Shown: positions 63,471 through 64,000 of the stretch, in pieces
How the letters are laid out: each line of letters starts with the position of its first letter
Numbering within the stretch: the first letter of the stretch is position 1
Assembly: GCA_964658305.1 (NCBI GenBank)
Contig: OZ210885.1
Location: 14,508,001-14,572,000, forward strand
Source: Leptogorgia sarmentosa
Lineage: Eukaryota
Reading direction: 5' to 3'
DNA: 64,000 bases
Program-made: the position numbers and the translations under genes
The notes under the pieces: generated by a model
Told to the model about the DNA's origin: nothing
Database searches by the model: none
What the model saw: the letters and a program-made list of their open reading frames with translations, nothing else

Positions 63471-64000
63471 AATGGAGAATAAAGAGAAGACTGCGGGAAT
63501 TAGCCTGCTACATGGTCTAGGTATTAGTCATAAAGGAAAGATTGTATGGACTTCGTCATTCGAAGCGTTACAGAGTTTGTTCAGGGAAGCTTTAAATTTG
63601 TAAAACAGAGATTGGTCGGCGGGAGGGCAGGCGAGTTTTTATGAAAACAACGATGTAGCTCTTAGGTGGTACACAGATACTAAGTCAATCACACTTGGTG
63701 GCAAACTCGCGAAAGAATTGGAGAAGAAGCTCGATGGCTTCTATATCACAGAACTTAGTAAATGAAGGCATGCCTAATTCTGTCAACGAAGCTGCCAAAG
63801 GTATTCAAATTGCATCAAGCAAGTCTAAGGATCAAAATCTGCATACGGAAGACAATAATGCATTGTTTGAAAACGTAATTAACTCGAAAGCCACTCAATG
63901 CTCTCAAGAAGACAATGCCATCTCCAACTCTGATGATTTCAAACTTACCATAATGACCTGTGTCGAAAATATGAACAGTAAAATGGATTTTCTTATCAAC
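63471..64000 (+). pseudogene. Possible decayed ORF1 of a CR1/L2-type LINE (runs off the window)
   Basis: Fragments KIVWTSSFEALQ, VALRWYTDTKSITLGG and ELEKKL resemble invertebrate LINE ORF1 N termini as I recall them. Stops are present and no RT is in the window. Confidence 0.35.

Overview
AT-rich eukaryotic genomic DNA (GT-AG introns; the element spectrum suggests a marine invertebrate such as a cnidarian, which is an inference). Almost the whole window is nested mobile DNA and I see no ordinary host gene with confidence. In order: a HIRAN-domain gene converging on a spliced P-element-like DDE transposase gene; a near-complete DIRS1 retrotransposon (ITRs + ICR, RT-RNaseH-methyltransferase, tyrosine recombinase); two hAT-type ends and a complete hAT element inside a decayed Gypsy; a deleted BEL/Pao element; Tc1-type foldback MITEs; a truncated Ngaro-like element; IS3EU-like, HECT and Zator-like relics; a Helentron whose endonuclease is split by a ~10.4 kb hAT that contains a near-complete Ngaro-type element carrying an SGNH hydrolase; an RPA-like OB-fold pseudogene; a Kolobok element with TTAA TSDs; a second decayed SGNH-Ngaro; and a probable LINE ORF1 relic. 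The most striking feature is at 59817-62339. An uninterrupted HUH-endonuclease/SF3-helicase Rep ORF faces a Tc1 DD34E transposase. Between them lies an origin-like palindrome of ten CACGTTACCA repeats around a hairpin containing AAGTATTAT. This suggests a hybrid rolling-circle/cut-and-paste element. All family calls come from motif reading by eye; no searches were run.
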